DNA of 64,000 nucleotides, from positions 1,612,001 through 1,676,000 of the forward strand of contig MU058221.1 of assembly GCA_013265495.1 (NCBI GenBank). Reading direction: 5' to 3'. Below are positions 11,443-25,050 of the stretch, in pieces. The notes under the pieces were generated by a model. It was not told the origin of the DNA. It was given only the letters and a program-made list of their open reading frames with translations, and made no database searches. Both the position numbers and the translations under genes were made by a program. Numbering within the stretch: the stretch's first letter is position 1; the number at the start of each line of letters is the position of its first letter. This DNA is from Vicugna vicugna (lineage: Eukaryota).

Positions 11443-14400
11443 ACTCTTCTTACAGACGCAGGTGAAGCTAAAGCTGACCGCGGCTCATGCCTTTTCACTC
11501 CTTAGGGCAGGGACTCTGTTCTGCTGGAAACGAAACATTAGTTCTTATTGCTCTGAGGCCACTAACGGACTCTGAAACCATGGCTCTGGGTGCTGGTTGT
11601 CCCCAACGACCCATGCACCGCTTTGCATTGTTGCAGACAAAGCTGTGATGTTGGAGAAGTCGCAAATTGCTCGTGCTGTGGACTGCTCTAGGCCTGCCCC
11701 TGAGAGGCTCGGGAGAGCTCACCCCGTATGCCAGATCTCTTCAGGCCTCTGCAACCTTGGCCCTGACCTCCTCCTCCAAGGACACAGAGAGGAAAAGGAC
11801 CTCCAAACGCATGCCTCATCCATGTCCCCTGAACAGTTCCTTTACAGCATGGAGGTGAGCAGGACCAACATTTCTCCTCAGGGCAAAAGGATGTGCCGTT
11901 GCCAGGGACCCTCAAAAGGGAATCAAGAATATGTCCGCACAGCCTCGAATTCTTCCTTTTCATCACAGTCATGTAACGGGGGCAGAGGTGAAGGTAAAAC
12001 GGTTCCACCAGAAAGCATATAATGAAAGTTAATATGAAGACTGTGTCATGGACCACAACTGCCCAGTGGTAGTGGACAAAGGCCCCTTTCCTGTGGAGCG
12101 AAAACGTGAGTGATGAAGCACCACGGATGACACCACTGTGCTGTGGTGGGATTCAATCCTGCCCCTCACACCAGGCAGCATTAATCCTGCTGTTCCAGGG
12201 GCAGCAAATGCGTCCTCAAGCTGTCGGCACGTCACTGAATTTTCCCGAAGTGCTTCTCTCATCTCGATGGAACGTCTAAATCTTTCCTCTACATGATAAA
12301 CAATAAAATGAATGGATGAAAAATGGCATTAAATCCCTTTCCAGGAACCATGAGCATTATGATCTTATGAATGAAGCTGGGCCCCTTGTGAAGGGAGTGA
12401 TTTATAAATTAACTAGTAACGCATTGATCTCTGCTCATTCCTTTTTCAATAAATCTCTTTTGGTGAGTTATCTGCACACTAACCTCCAAAAGGCACCTCT
12501 CCGTGTCTGGAGTCTGGCTCTGTCCATGGTACAGCGGTCACCATCCCTATGCAATAGATGACTCTGGACCTTTCTGCCCTTCAAATAAATAACCCTAAAG
12601 CCTTTCACACACCTGTCTTATTACATCTAGGGCACCAGCAGATAATTTAGATGGCATCAGAAAACTAAGGTGTTAAATATCCTTTGTATATGTAATCAAA
12701 TATATTTTGCATTATAAGAGATTTTGGATTTAAAGAATATATATATACACATGCTTCCAACAATTGGCATTTGTTATCTTTACAGCCACTTCATCTCACT
12801 TCTAAAGTAAATTGTGTAGGGATTTGTTAAGCAGATTTAAAGAAAGGCATTACTGCTTTGCAATTACGCGAAGGGAAGGCTCGAGCAGAGAGACGTTCAA
12901 ACTGAGACTGAATATGTTCCTTAAGGAGGTATATTTACACTTTATGACACCACCAGGAAATCCTCCTGGGACTGAACCATCCCCTCTTCCTTCTATGGGA
13001 AGGAGAGATTAGGGGTTTGCTCTGTCTTGTGTATCTTTTTTCTTTGCCTTTTCCTTTTTCTTTTCTTTGTTTTTATTTTTATTTTTTATTTTTTCATTTT
13101 TGGCCTTGAATTAGGATGTTCTTATCCGACAATTGACATGAACACAAGGAGCTCGATGCCCTTGTTGACGCCCAGCAAGTGGGATGGGGGGTGTAGCAGT
13201 TCTTAGTAAAGTCCTGTATCATAGTGGTTTGAGGTTTTCTTCAATATGCGCTTTTTTGGTTTTTTTGCCCAGTGTCCTTGTCTCTTACCAGAGATGACTT
13301 TTTTTTGATTCATGCAGACTATGTTGCAAGTATGTTTGTTTCATTTAGTGAGCTGAAAATTATTGCTTAGTTTAAAAAAAATTCGAGGAAACCTCTAATG
13401 GTGTAGGTTGCTCACTGTTGTTGCTGTTGTGTTGGGTTTTTTAATTCAAAGATTCTCACAGGGTCAGCCTCAGTCCCAGGCCCAGCCCAGTTCATGAGGC
13501 TGGAAATCAATCATTTTAGGCAGATAGATAGGGGAGCATCAAGGTAATGTCAGCACAGAATCCATTCAGCTACACCTCCAAGAAAAGGTGGCAGCTTGAA
13601 GAATGATACTTTTTCCCTCTCCTTTTCTTTCCTCCATTTCTCATCTTGTAGATACAGTAGACACTGCCTAGGAAATGAAAAGGTAATGAAAAATATGTAG
13701 GGATGGAAATTAAAAATAAAAACTAAGAAAAATAACCACAAAATTCAGAGTATCACTATTCTTGTTAAAAATGGGGACCATCTCAGGGAGACATAAAATT
13801 ATAATGAAAAAAGCCAGGAAGCTTTGGAATTTTCATCTTACTTTGATGGATGTGCACTTACTCACTGTCATCCCTCATCAACGTGGGAAAGCCTGGAACA
13901 CTAGACTCGGGGAAAGAGAGAGTAGGTGCAGGGAGTCATTTAGCTGCACAAAATATATAAAGGCTAGACATCAGTGTTTGGGGCAATAATTCTACTTAAT
14001 AATATAATGGTAATTTGTTTCTTTCTCCCTTGTCAAACTTACCAGAGAAAAGATGGCTACAGCCTGAGACAAGAAGGAGGAGCACTGGTCCCCAGTGCTG
14101 AGGGCCAAGATGCTCTAGGCCACACTTCCAGACACAGGAAAAGACGAGTGGACCGATTCCATCAGTTCACTCAGTCCACAGTGACTTGCTGGGGCCTGTT
14201 CTGTACCCAAGATTGATTTGGGTACTGGAGACACAAGCATCACCAAAAGGAGACGTGATCTCTGCTCGCATGTGCTGCTCTGTCGGAAGCTCCAGGCACT
14301 CTTCCTTCGCTGTGCCAAGTCGATCATTACGCCTCACTTGTGCCAAGGTTGGACTCAGAAATAAGGAAGAAATTCAAAGGTTTTCTTTAGCACCAGCTAG

Positions 14401-14839
14401 AGCCTAACACCCTAAAGTGATTGGGAGGCTGGGAGTGGAGAGTAACAAGAGGCTGCAAGGAGCCAAGTGTGCCATTAATGACAACACATCCAAACAAGCT
14501 GACTCCCTTCTCAGTGTTAATAACTACAAACTGGACGAAGATATGGAATTAAACCATACACTTCCATGCAACGTAATAAAATAAAGTAAAAAGTAAGAAA
14601 CAAGGGTTGGCAGAGAAATCGCAGATGAAAGCAAAGGTGGAAATATTCATTTCCAATAAAGCTGAGTTCAAACAAAATGCATATTTGAACAAGGGAGGAT
14701 CGTCGATATAGTAACAAAAGAAAACAGTACAAAAATAAAGTCATGTGTGAAATTGCACACTTTTAGATAAATAAAAGAAAATGTTGATAGAAATGCCAAC
14801 GGGAAGTGACAACAATATTATTTTTAAAGGTGCCTGCAT

Positions 14840-16060
14840 CAGTCCTTGCTCAGTCGTTAGATCATACACTTAGTCACTCAGCAAGTAGGTCCTGAAAACA
14901 CATTCCACTCAGGTGCTGTGTTAGGCTTTAGAGATGCAGCGATGAGCAAGACAGGAACGGCCTCTGCCCCACGGAGTGCAGAGCTTGCGGTCAAGAAATG
15001 TACTGATCAAGCAATTAATGAAAAGGTAAAACTGTGGGGTGAAATTTTAAAAAGCAGGGACAGGATATGAGAGAGAGCACGAGGCAGGCAGACCACGAAG
15101 GCCTCTCTAGGGAAATAAAATGTAAGGGAGACCATCAGGGTGAGTATGAATCACGTAGCCAAAGAGCGAAGGGACTCTCCTCCCAGGAGCGGAAAAGACA
15201 TGAGCAAAGAAGACAAAATCCTCGCGGTCAGAGGGTCGTCAAGAGTGGGAAAAGTGAGATGGGAGAGCCAGACCAGAACCAGATTCCGAAGGCCTTGCTA
15301 GACTTAGGGAAGAAATTATAATTTTACCACTGGTCCAACAGGAAACCACTGGAAGATTGAGCAGATGGCTGAGTTTATACACCATATATTTTAGTATCGT
15401 GCTGCCTGCTGCGTGGGGAATGGACCAAAGTGGAGCAAGAGTTGGGGTGGGGGCACTAGATGAGGCCTTTTCAATAGTCGAGGCAAGAGTTGTGAATGGG
15501 CACAGTTCATAATTTGATGTGAATCAAAAAGACCCAGTGACAGCTCTAATGTACCACGTGAGGGGGACAAGATGCATCTCATCTTCTTTCTGAGCCCTGC
15601 GGTAGGTGGTGATGCCACCAGTGAGACGGGAATTACTGGGAAAGAAATATACTGGAGTTGGCGAATCAAGGATTCACTTTTAAACATATTAATACTGTGA
15701 TGCCTAACAAAAAGAGAACTGAAACACAGATTTCAAACCCAAGGGAGAGGCATGGAACAGAGATGAAAGTGTACACGTTATCAGGACGTCATTGATACTT
15801 AAAATCATGGAAACTCATTACTGAGGAGAGAGAGAAAGTAACATAAGAACGCAATCCAGAATGGAGACCAAGATGCTCCGACGTTTACAATTTCACTAAA
15901 AGTGGAGACCGCAAGGGAGGTTAAAGAAGATGATCAGAAGGTGAAGGGGAAACTGAGAAGCAAGATGATGCCAAGGAGGAGAGACAGTCAACTCGAGAGG
16001 AAGCTTGTGAGAAGTTAAATAAGTTCATGATAGAAAGGCACTCACTTGCTATACACAAGG
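14840..16060 (-). mobile_element. L2 LINE fragment (~1.2 kb)
   Basis: 'caggtgctgtgttaggctttagagatgcagcgatgagcaagacag' and 'aaggccttgctagac...ggaaaccactggaagatt' are antisense L2 3'-region motifs. Confidence 0.8.
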
Positions 16061-16144
16061 CTTGAAAAGAGATGCTGCAGATGAATTCTGGGGGTGAGAA
16101 TGTCCTCAGCGGGCCAAAAATTATGACGAATCCCTTGAAGACTG

Positions 16145-17870
16145 AAGGCACATGGGGACCATTGGAAAGGCAGAAAGCTAAAGTCCAAACCTTGCAGGGA
16201 AAGGGGTAACTAAGAGCGATGGGCGAGTGCTCTGGGGTCCTCCAAGCTTAGAGGTGGGAACGGGACTGAGCCTCGGAACCATCTAAAATCTAGCTCTCTG
16301 TCTGGTCACCGTGCAAACACAGCTGAGTGATGCTTCACCTCCCGCCCCTCACCTTGTTCCAAGAAGCAGGACGCGGAGGCGTCGGCCTCGGGCAGCGCTG
16401 ACGAGCGTGGGTGTTTGGGGTGGCGTGACAGGGCTGCGTGCTTGTTCCCAGAAACTGTAAAACTCCCGCCATGCCCCAGTATTATTCCATTTTCTCATCT
16501 CATTACTCACCTGTGAGTGCGATGAGCTGTCACTCCCATGACTGCAATTACGTGGCACAGCAGAGTTGAACTTAAAATAGGGAGGCCATTCAGATTATCC
16601 AGCGGGGACCCAGTGTAATCACAGAAGCCCTTCAAAACCCAAGACCCTTCGAAGACGGACGGATACAGGCAAGCTGGAGAGATGCGAAGGGTGGGAAAGG
16701 CTCCGCACAGCTTTCTTGATCTGAAGATGGAGGTGGGCCCCTGAAAAGGAATGCGAGCAGCCGCTAGGCTGTGGGCTGACAGTTAGCAAGGAGGCAAACA
16801 GCAGACTCACAGCCGCAAAGAAGTCGATCTTGCAACAACCGGAATGCGCTTGGAAAAGATTCTCCTCCTGTTAACAAGCTCCGCTCAGAAGACCTTCATT
16901 TCAGCCTCGTGCGACCCCGCACTGAAAACTCAGACAAGGCCACCTGGGTGTCTGCCCTACAGACGGTGAGATGATAAACGACACTGTTGCAGGCCCCCTG
17001 CACGTCGTGGCGCTGTGTCACTCCACAGTAGGGAAGGGATGCAGCTCCGAGGCCCCACCTCTCCTGTGGGCAGCACGTCCTTCTCCTCCGTTCTGGAGGC
17101 AGGCTGCTGCGCACGTACAACCGACGCCACGGGCAGGCGCACGGGAACCTTGCACACAAGATGGGCGCGCAGTCAAGAAATACCAAACATCTCGGACAAG
17201 TCAGCAAGGAAGAATGACATCTAGCTTGAAAACTGGTAGCAGTGGCAGCAGCTGAATAAGAGAGCAGGAAAAAGGACATGCGGAAATAAGTATGATTTTT
17301 TTGAACTACTCAAGTACAAGAGAGAAGAGCGCAAGACAAGAAGAGGTGATTTTAGAGCGCACACAGCAGAGGTCTCGGCAATGAAAATACACGGTTATTG
17401 AAGGATTAAGGAAAGAAAATCAAATGTTGGACTAAATAATTGAATGTGTCCACTGGATAACAAACAGGTGGACTGAACGATAGGGCCAGGGGATTCTCCT
17501 AGAATGCCATGAAGCCGGAAAAAAGCATGGAAAATAGAAGTTCAGGGGCCTCGAGGATAGCTTCAGAATTTTCAGCAGAGGAAATGGAGAATGACAGGCA
17601 AGGTAACAGAGAAAGAAATTACGAAATAAAAATTTTCAGAGTGAAGAAATGCATGGTATTGCCTATGAAAACAGCAACTTGGTTTCATCAAAAAGAAATT
17701 TAAAAAATACATATAAATACATAGAATAGTAACATCAAGGCAAAATTTCAAAATAATAAGATAATGAAACAAATATGGAAAAGCTCTCCCAGCCTAGAAA
17801 ATCAGATTCGAACCAGATTCGCAGCCGCAATACTGGTTGCAAGGAAACCTTGAATGAAGTGGTATCTTTA
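16145..17870 (+). mobile_element. HAL1/old L1M 5' region and decayed ORF1, interrupted by MLT1
   Basis: 'gtcaagaaataccaaacatctcggacaagtcagca', then an A-rich ORF1-like tract, then 'agaaaatcagattcgaaccagattcgcagccgcaatactggttgcaagg' (an ORF1 'RLTSDFS'-like segment). Many stop codons. Confidence 0.6.
16440..17043 (+). mobile_element. MaLR solo LTR (MLT1E/F-like)
   Basis: 'tgtcactcccatgact', 'cttaaaatagggagg..attatccagcggggacccagtgtaatcac', 'ctacagacggtgagatgataaac'. Confidence 0.8.
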
Positions 17871-18280
17871 GTAACACACATGAAAGTGGCTTTGCAGCTA
17901 CAACTGTTCTATGCTTATTTAAGCAGTTGCTCCAATAGTGAGCCCGACTAAAGTCACGGTCAGACCGGCAGTGCCACAAACCTTGCTCCACAGGCCATTC
18001 CGTGCGGGACTGGGACTGGAACTGTTCACAGGAAGCTCCTGGTTCCAAATCCAGGTAAAACACCTGAGCCCCGCAGCACAAAGGCGGGGCGGGGACATTG
18101 CTCCGGCAGGGCTAGCAAAGGAAGAATTCTAAGGCACACATTCCCACTGGGCGCTGTGGCTGTTCTCTAAGGTTTGGGGCTATGATGTGGCTATTACACC
18201 ATGTGTTTGATTGCCAGTAACAAGTGTCTCAAAACAGTGCCTTAAAGAAATTAGTCTCTTTCTTCCTTTCTTTATAGAGA

Positions 18281-18515
18281 AAGGCACATGGAAATCGTTT
18301 GAAAGAGGGAAAACTGAAGTCCAAAACTTGCAGGGAAAGGTGCAGTTAACAGCTGTGGGAGAGTCCCCTGGAGTTCTCCACGCTTACAGGTGAGAAATAT
18401 AGGACTGAGCTTTGGATCAATCTAAAATCCAGCTGTAAGTTTGAATATCACACTAATTCACCTCCCACCCCTCACCTTGTTCCAAGAAGCAGGAAGCAGA
18501 GGCACCTGCCTCAGG
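18281..18515 (+). repeat. Second copy of the 16145-16392 segment (dispersed direct repeat)
   Basis: Colinear with 16145-16392. Shares 'aagtccaaa.cttgcagggaaagg', 'atctaaaatc.agct' and an identical 27-bp core 'cccctcaccttgttccaagaagcagga'. Confidence 0.9.
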
Positions 18516-18549
18516 TGGAAATAGTGAGTGTATGTAGAGAGGGAGAGAT

Positions 18550-18622
18550 CTTTCTCCCCCTTCTCTCTCTTTCTTTCTCCTTTCCCCTCTTCTTCATCCT
18601 CCCCTCCTCTCCTTTCTTCCCC
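18550..18622. repeat. CT-rich low-complexity tract
   Basis: Nearly pure pyrimidine run. Confidence 0.85.
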
Positions 18623-18671
18623 CTTAGCACCCCCTCTAGAAGCATCTTCTCTTATATAAAAGAGATCTGGT

Positions 18672-18945
18672 TTATAGGTGGGAGGGGGTGGGCAGGGATA
18701 AACTGGGAGTTCGAGATTTGCAGACACTGACTGGTATGTATAAAATAGATAAACAAGTTTATACTGTATAGCACAGGGGAAATGATATTCAATATCTTGC
18801 AGTAGCTTATGGTGAAAAGAATATGAAAATGAACATACGTATGTTCACGTATGACTGAAGCATTGTGCTGCAGACCAGAAACTGACACAGCACTGCAAAC
18901 TGACTAAACCTCAATTAAAAAAAAGTATCCCATAAAAAAAAGAAA
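18672..18945 (+). mobile_element. 5'-truncated artiodactyl/camelid-type L1 3' UTR with A tail
   Basis: 'gggataaactgggagttcgagatttgcagacact...gtatagcacagggg...atgactgaagcattgtgctg...actgactaaacctcaattaaaaaaaa'. Confidence 0.9.
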
Positions 18946-19084
18946 GATGTAAAGCCTTGTAAGTAATTTAAAATGCAGAGTAAACATGACGGTCCCCTTT
19001 CTTTTTCTCCCATAGCGTCTGCAGACGATGAGAGGAGGTATTCAGAATTTTAGGTCGTGTAAAGGAAGACCGTCTCATACATTT

Positions 19085-19545
19085 GACACAGGCTTTTTAG
19101 AGGTTAGTGCAGAAATTTTGATCCAAAGACTTAGTAAATACAAGCATTTCTAATCTAGAAAATCCACTTCTGGGAATTTATCCTAAGCAAATAATGAGAA
19201 AGGTGTGTAAATGAACAAGTATAGAAATGTTTATCAAAACGGTGTTAATACTAGCAAAAAATGGAAACTTCTAAGTGCCCCCCAAAAAGGAAAATATTTA
19301 ACTGTGGTTTATGGACTCAATAAAATACAGTATAATCTTAAACAATGAAGTGGTGGGCATTTATGTTCTCACTGAAACCCTGATTCAAAAAAGATACACA
19401 AAATGTTCATGGAAATTATCTCCAGATGGTAGACTTACAAGAGCATTAATTTATCATTTTAGGGTATGTTTTTTGTACTTTCTGAATTCCCCACAATGAA
19501 TATGCACTACTTTAGTAATATAAAAAATAACTTTTAGCAAAAATT
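19085..19545 (+). mobile_element. Ancient L1ME 3' fragment
   Basis: 'aatccacttctgggaatttatcctaagcaaataat' and 'acaatgaatatgcactactttagtaat'. Confidence 0.75.
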
Positions 19546-20754
19546 AACTAATTAGAATTACACTCAGTTTGGAATAATGCAGCTATTTCAATAACTTCGA
19601 CGCGTGGAAAAGCCCGCTGTCTAGAAAAGCTAATTTCAATATAAATCCTTTATTGAAATAATTATTTTATTTAAAGAATTCCAGTTTTTAATTTGCTGAC
19701 CACTTACATAAATTTTGATTATTGTATATTTTTTTAGTTTGACATCATGAAAATAGCCTTGATCCAATGATCTTTCATTAGTTTTTATCCCATTTTTTAA
19801 ATACAAGCACCATTCCTCAAATTCAAGGTCCTGTCCACTTCATTATTAAGGTTCATGAGGCCCAAAGTAAACAAAGCTCGCACTTATCAGTTATTCTTCC
19901 TTTTCTTTGAATGTGACTGAGAAGTATTTGCTGGCAGGCATTAAATTCTACTTCTTAAGGATTCCAGAGAGCTCCATAAATGTGTGCAAATTCCCTGTAT
20001 GTATATTTTAAATTCAAATTTCTGTGACAATTTTATGAACAGCTGTAGAGTTCAAAAAAAGTGCATTTCCTAATTCATACTATCTGTATGCAAAATCACG
20101 AAGGGCGGCCTTTTCCAGGGGATGTAACCATCTATATTTACAGTGCTCAACACCCCTCTTTCCCAAGCACTTCCTAAACTCAAAGGGAACACGTTAGCCT
20201 GATGTTGCAAAATAGCCGTCTGCAGGATGAAGTAGTGGCTGCCACTCAAATGTGAAGCAGCACGCTGAGTCAAACTGAGGGAAAGAAATTATAACCGATC
20301 AACTTCAAGAATTTTTTAAAGCCTGAAATGAGCCTAAATTTCGCCAGGAAACCAAAGACAGCATCACTGAATGAGTATCAGACTGAAAATCCGAATTATG
20401 TGTATGTCCCAGCTCTGAAAGTAAGAAGCCAAGTGGCCGTGAGCAAACCACCCAACCTCGTGAAGCCTCTCCAAAAAACGGAAAGGGAGAAACCTGACCT
20501 GCCTCTAAAATCCTGCCCAGCTCTGAATTCCACATAGTTAGCAAAACTCTTCTAGCATCTCAGCTGGCCTTAGCCCCAGGCATAGGCACGTCCTGATCTC
20601 AAGGGCACAGAGTAAAAGGAAGGGCAGTGATGGAGAGGGAACGTCAACTCTTTTCTCTTTGAAATCAGTGGAGTGACAGGGGAAAAAAAATACTAAAAGG
20701 ATGAAAGTCTTATTATTGTAAAGAAAAATGTCCCAACCACACATACCCTAGATC

Positions 20755-20814
20755 TTTGTTTCGTTCTTTTTCATGGCTGAGTAATATTCCATTTCATACA
20801 TATGTACGTGTGTG

Positions 20815-20879
<65 letters not shown>

Positions 20880-22507
20880 TACATATATATATAGATATAT
20901 ATAGATATATAGATATATATATATACATAGAGAGAGAGACAGATATGGATAAACCACAGCTTCTTCATCCAGTCATCTGTCAATGAACGAACGTTCAGGC
21001 TGTTTCCATGTCTTGGCTACTGTAAATAGTGCTGCTGTGGACATTGGGGTCTTTTTGAATTAAGGCCCCCTCTGGGTATATGCCCAGCAGTGGGATTGCT
21101 GGACCATATGGTAAGTCTATTTTCAGTTTTTTAAGGAGCCTCCATACTGGTTTCCGTAGTGGCTGCACCAATTTATATTCATACGAAAAGTGCGGAAGGC
21201 TTTGCTTTTCTCTCCACCCTCTCCAGCACTTGTTATTTGTAGACGTTTTGATACTGGCCATTATGACCGATGTGAGTTGATACTTCCTTGTAGTTTTGGT
21301 TTGCATTTCTCTAATAATTCATGATGTTGAGAACCGTTTCATGTGCCCGTTGGCCATCTGTGTGTCTTCTTTGGAGAAATGTTTATGTAGGTCTTCTGCC
21401 CATTTTTTGATTGAGTTGTTGCTTTGTTTTGTTTTGTTTTGTTTTGATATTGAGCTGTATGAGCTGTTTGTATATTTTGGAAATTAAGCCCTTGCTGGTC
21501 GCATTATTCGCAAATAATTTCTCCCATTCTGTAGGTTGTCTTTTTGTTTCATTTACGGTTTCCTTTGCTGTGCAGAAGTGTTTAAGTCCCATTTGTTTAT
21601 TTTTTTCTTTTGTTCCCATCGCTCCAAAAGACAGAACCAAAAAAACAATTACTGCGATTTACATCAAAGAGTGTTCTACCTAAGCTTTCCTCTAGGAATT
21701 TTATAATATCCTGTCTTACATTTAGGTCTTAAATCTATTTTGAGTTTATTTTTGTATATGGTGTTAAAGAATGTTCTAATTTCATTTTTTTTCAGATATA
21801 GATGTCCAGCTTTCCCAGCACCGTTTATTGAAGAGGCTGTCTTTTCTCTACTGTGTATTCTTGTCTCCTTTGTCAAAGGTTAATTGACTGATCATAAGCG
21901 TGTGGGTTTATTTCAGGGCTTTCTATCTTGTCCCATTAAGCTATGTGTCTGCTCTTGTCCCAGTACCATACTGTTTTGATGGCTGTACCTTCGTAGTACA
22001 GTCTGCAGTCAGGGAGCGTGATTCCTCCAGCTCTGTTCTTTCTCAAGATTGTTTTGGCTATTTGGGGCTCTTTCGTGTTTCCGTACAAATTTTAAAATGT
22101 TTAGTTCCAGTTCTGCAAAAATGCCACTGGCTATTTGATAGGGATTGCACTGAATTTGTATATTGCTTTGGGTTGTATGGCCGTTTTAACAATATTGATT
22201 CCTCCAATCCAAGAACATGGTAACCCCTTCCATCTGTTTGTGGCCTGTTCATCAGTGTCATAGTTCTCCGAGTACAAGTCTTTTGCCTCCCTAGATAAGT
22301 TTATTCCTAAGTTTTTATTCTTTTTGATGTAATGGTAAACAGGATTTTTCTTTCTGACAGTTTGAACTTAGTGTCTAGATATGTAACAGATTTCTGTATA
22401 TTAATTTTGTATCCTTAAGCTTTTCTGAATTCGTTGATCAGCTCTAGTAAATTTCTGGTGGCATCTTTAGAATTTTCTATGCATAGTATCAGGTCATCTG
22501 CAAACCA
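20755..22507 (-). mobile_element. L1 fragment with decayed ORF2 C-terminal region
   Basis: Minus-strand ORFs match L1 ORF2p, e.g. '[11 protein letters not shown]...[33 protein letters not shown]' and 'FCTAKETVNETKRQPTEWEKLFAN'. The reading frame is broken by frameshifts. Confidence 0.95.
20815..20940. repeat. (GATA)n tetranucleotide repeat followed by a degenerate (TA)/(GA) tract inside L1
   Basis: About 16 GATA units. Confidence 0.95.
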
Positions 22508-23679
22508 TAAATGCAGCACATTAGTCTTATATCATCTTTATTTATATAAATTGAAATCATGGATTATGGTAAAAGCAAGTTGGCATTCTAGTGGTTCCTG
22601 GTGAATGCTGAAAAATTCCACCCATGAGACACTGAACGAATGAATTTAACTCTAATAAGGTGACTTTAAGTTTACACTCCAGAACAACAGTACATTGTCC
22701 CCACTCAGACCAACTGCATCTTAATAATCAAGAGACATAACATTGCATTTAACTCTGAATCCAGTAATTAACGCTCCACTGCTCAATTCTGGAAACTCAG
22801 TACCCTGAGGGGGACAAAAAATGGACTCACTCTGTCAAAACACACATGGGATTGTCGGAACCTGACCACTGTTGTTCACAGTGAGAAATGTAATAACCGT
22901 GTGGAGCATTAGGGTGTCAGTCCATCTTCCCACTGGAGATCCTCTGCCAGGAATTTAAGAAACGACTACTGTAAGGCCACTTAGGAAAGATTCAGAACAA
23001 CAGCAGTCAATCTAGCTAACAAACATAACCCAGCCCAGACCAACCAGATCCAGCCTTGGCTAGGCTCTGTTTCCTCTTGCCCGGCAGCGCTGTAATATAG
23101 CACACTTCAAGTTGCATCTCAGATCTTCTGCTTTCCGGGTAGGATCCTAATCTCTTCAGAGAGAGAGCGCGTATAGATAGTCATCTCCAGCACGACTCCA
23201 GAGGCATCTGCCTCCCACGGGCATTGGGACAATCCAAGTAGGACAATTTGGAAGCAAAAATATTTTAAGTAGACCTGAGATGACATATCTTCTACTCCTC
23301 AAAAACTCAGCATCCTCATGAATTTTTTGCAAATACTTGTACTGAATAAATGCATGTGGAATTACAACATTTTTGTCATTGTTGGTGGTGATCACATGAC
23401 ACATTTATTGGACAACTGCACGACACGTGTGTGTTAGCACGTGCAGAAAACCGTATATGAATTTTCTCAGTTTTACAAGTTAAATTTTAGCCAAATCTTC
23501 CCCATTTTAAATGTGCAGAACTTAGCCAGTTAATTTTCTCCAGTTAAAAATAATCAGCAGTGGAAATTGTCCGCATATATAATCGTCTTAAACATAAGCA
23601 AAAAGAAAGTATTTTAATCTTCCAAAGTTTCATCTCCGTAGATTGTCACATCACTTTGTTTTTGTTTTTTTTTTTTTAC

Positions 23680-23905
23680 CAGAGATTGGCAAATGTGTTC
23701 TGCACAGTGTAAGATAGCAAATATTTTTAGTCTTTGCAGGTCATACAGTCTAAATCTCAGCAACTTGGCTATAACCTTGCGGTACAAAAACAGCTAAAGG
23801 TAATGCATAAACACTTGGACGTGACTGTGTTCCAACACAGTTTTATTCGCAAACATCAGACAGTGGGCTTGATCTGGACTAAAGGCTGGTGGTATACACC
23901 CTCCC
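23680..23905. mobile_element. MER58A-like hAT-Charlie MITE
   Basis: 'cagagattggcaaatgtgttctg...agatagcaaatatttttag...gtgactgtgttccaacacagttttatt'. Confidence 0.85.
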
Positions 23906-24814
23906 AGAATTCTTCTTCTTGTAAATACACACTTGTACACATACCCATGTGTCCACATATATATATACATGTTTATGTATATGCTTACAAATATGACATT
24001 CATAGATACAGACACGTGTGTGTATCTATACCTATGTGCGTGTGTGTGCTTGTGCGTGTGTGTTCACAAAAAACTTAGGAAAATCCACTATCTATGGGGT
24101 CTTGCAAGATCAGATTTTCCCTTGAAAAAACATTATTTATGAACTAGAGTCTCAAATTTAAAAGCTGCAGAGTATTAACTGACTGTATCACAATTTATTT
24201 TCCTCCCTCTATGTTGTGTTTTTATTCAGTTTGTTTTTTGTTTTTGAAATGATTTAGAGACTATCCTTGCTTAACCCGTTCTGAGCACCTGACCCCCTAG
24301 AGTGACTCCCCACACAGGGAATTATGTGGGGTGAAAACAGTAAATGAATGGGTTGGTTTCCCAATCCCCCAATCAAAATAAGGGTTATTCTCAGCATCGT
24401 TTTCTAATTTGATCCATGAAAAGTAAAACATTGTTTGGACTTTTCATTGCCTTGAGTGAGCAACATTATGTCTTGTCCTTCCTTTGCTGTGCATGTGCCT
24501 TGAGAATGGAAGGGACGAGTCATCTTTTTAAAATTGATCTGTAAATTTGCCGTGCGTTTTCCACGGCAAGAAATAGAAACCTAATTGATTTGGCTTAAAG
24601 AGGGTTTTGTGAATGGTGGGAAAAGTCGTCATTTTAAAGAGAAACGTTCATCATAAAATCCTGTTGCCTCACTGGTCCCACGGTGAACTCAGAAGTCTCT
24701 CTCATATCATCTGGGTCCCTCACTCTCTCATGTGTCTTTGCAATTTTTCTCTCTACGGATGACTTTCCTTGGCGGGTTGTTGTTCCTCCGCCTACCATGG
24801 TAGCAACAGCAAAA

Positions 24815-25050
24815 TAACAGCAGCAATATTTATATAATAGTTGTACATTTAGCCAGGCAGAGTTTTAAGTTCTTATTCAATCCTTACAACTATCCAAGAA
24901 GGTAGGAACTATTATGATCCCCACTTCGAAGACAAGGAAACTGAGGCATAGAGGTGTCAAGCAACGTTATTCAAAGTTGCACTTATTATAAGTGGTGGAG
25001 GTTAGATTAAAAACTAACTCTAGAGTCTTGCCCTTTCCCACCAAACTACA
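24815..25050 (-). mobile_element. MIR
   Basis: 'ttattcaatccttacaactatcc...cccacttcgaagacaaggaaactgaggcatagagg'. Confidence 0.85.

Noticed and set aside
12033..12112. Peptide-like frame (YEDCVMDHNCPVVVDKGPFPVERK) before 'aac|gtgagt'
   Set aside because: No upstream acceptor, an in-frame stop just before it, and no recognisable homology.
13035..13200. T-rich tract that might be a retrocopy tail
   Set aside because: No TSD, polyA signal context or recognisable parent sequence.
20995..22261. Protein-like minus-strand ORFs
   Set aside because: Frameshifted LINE-1 ORF2 remnants, not a host gene.
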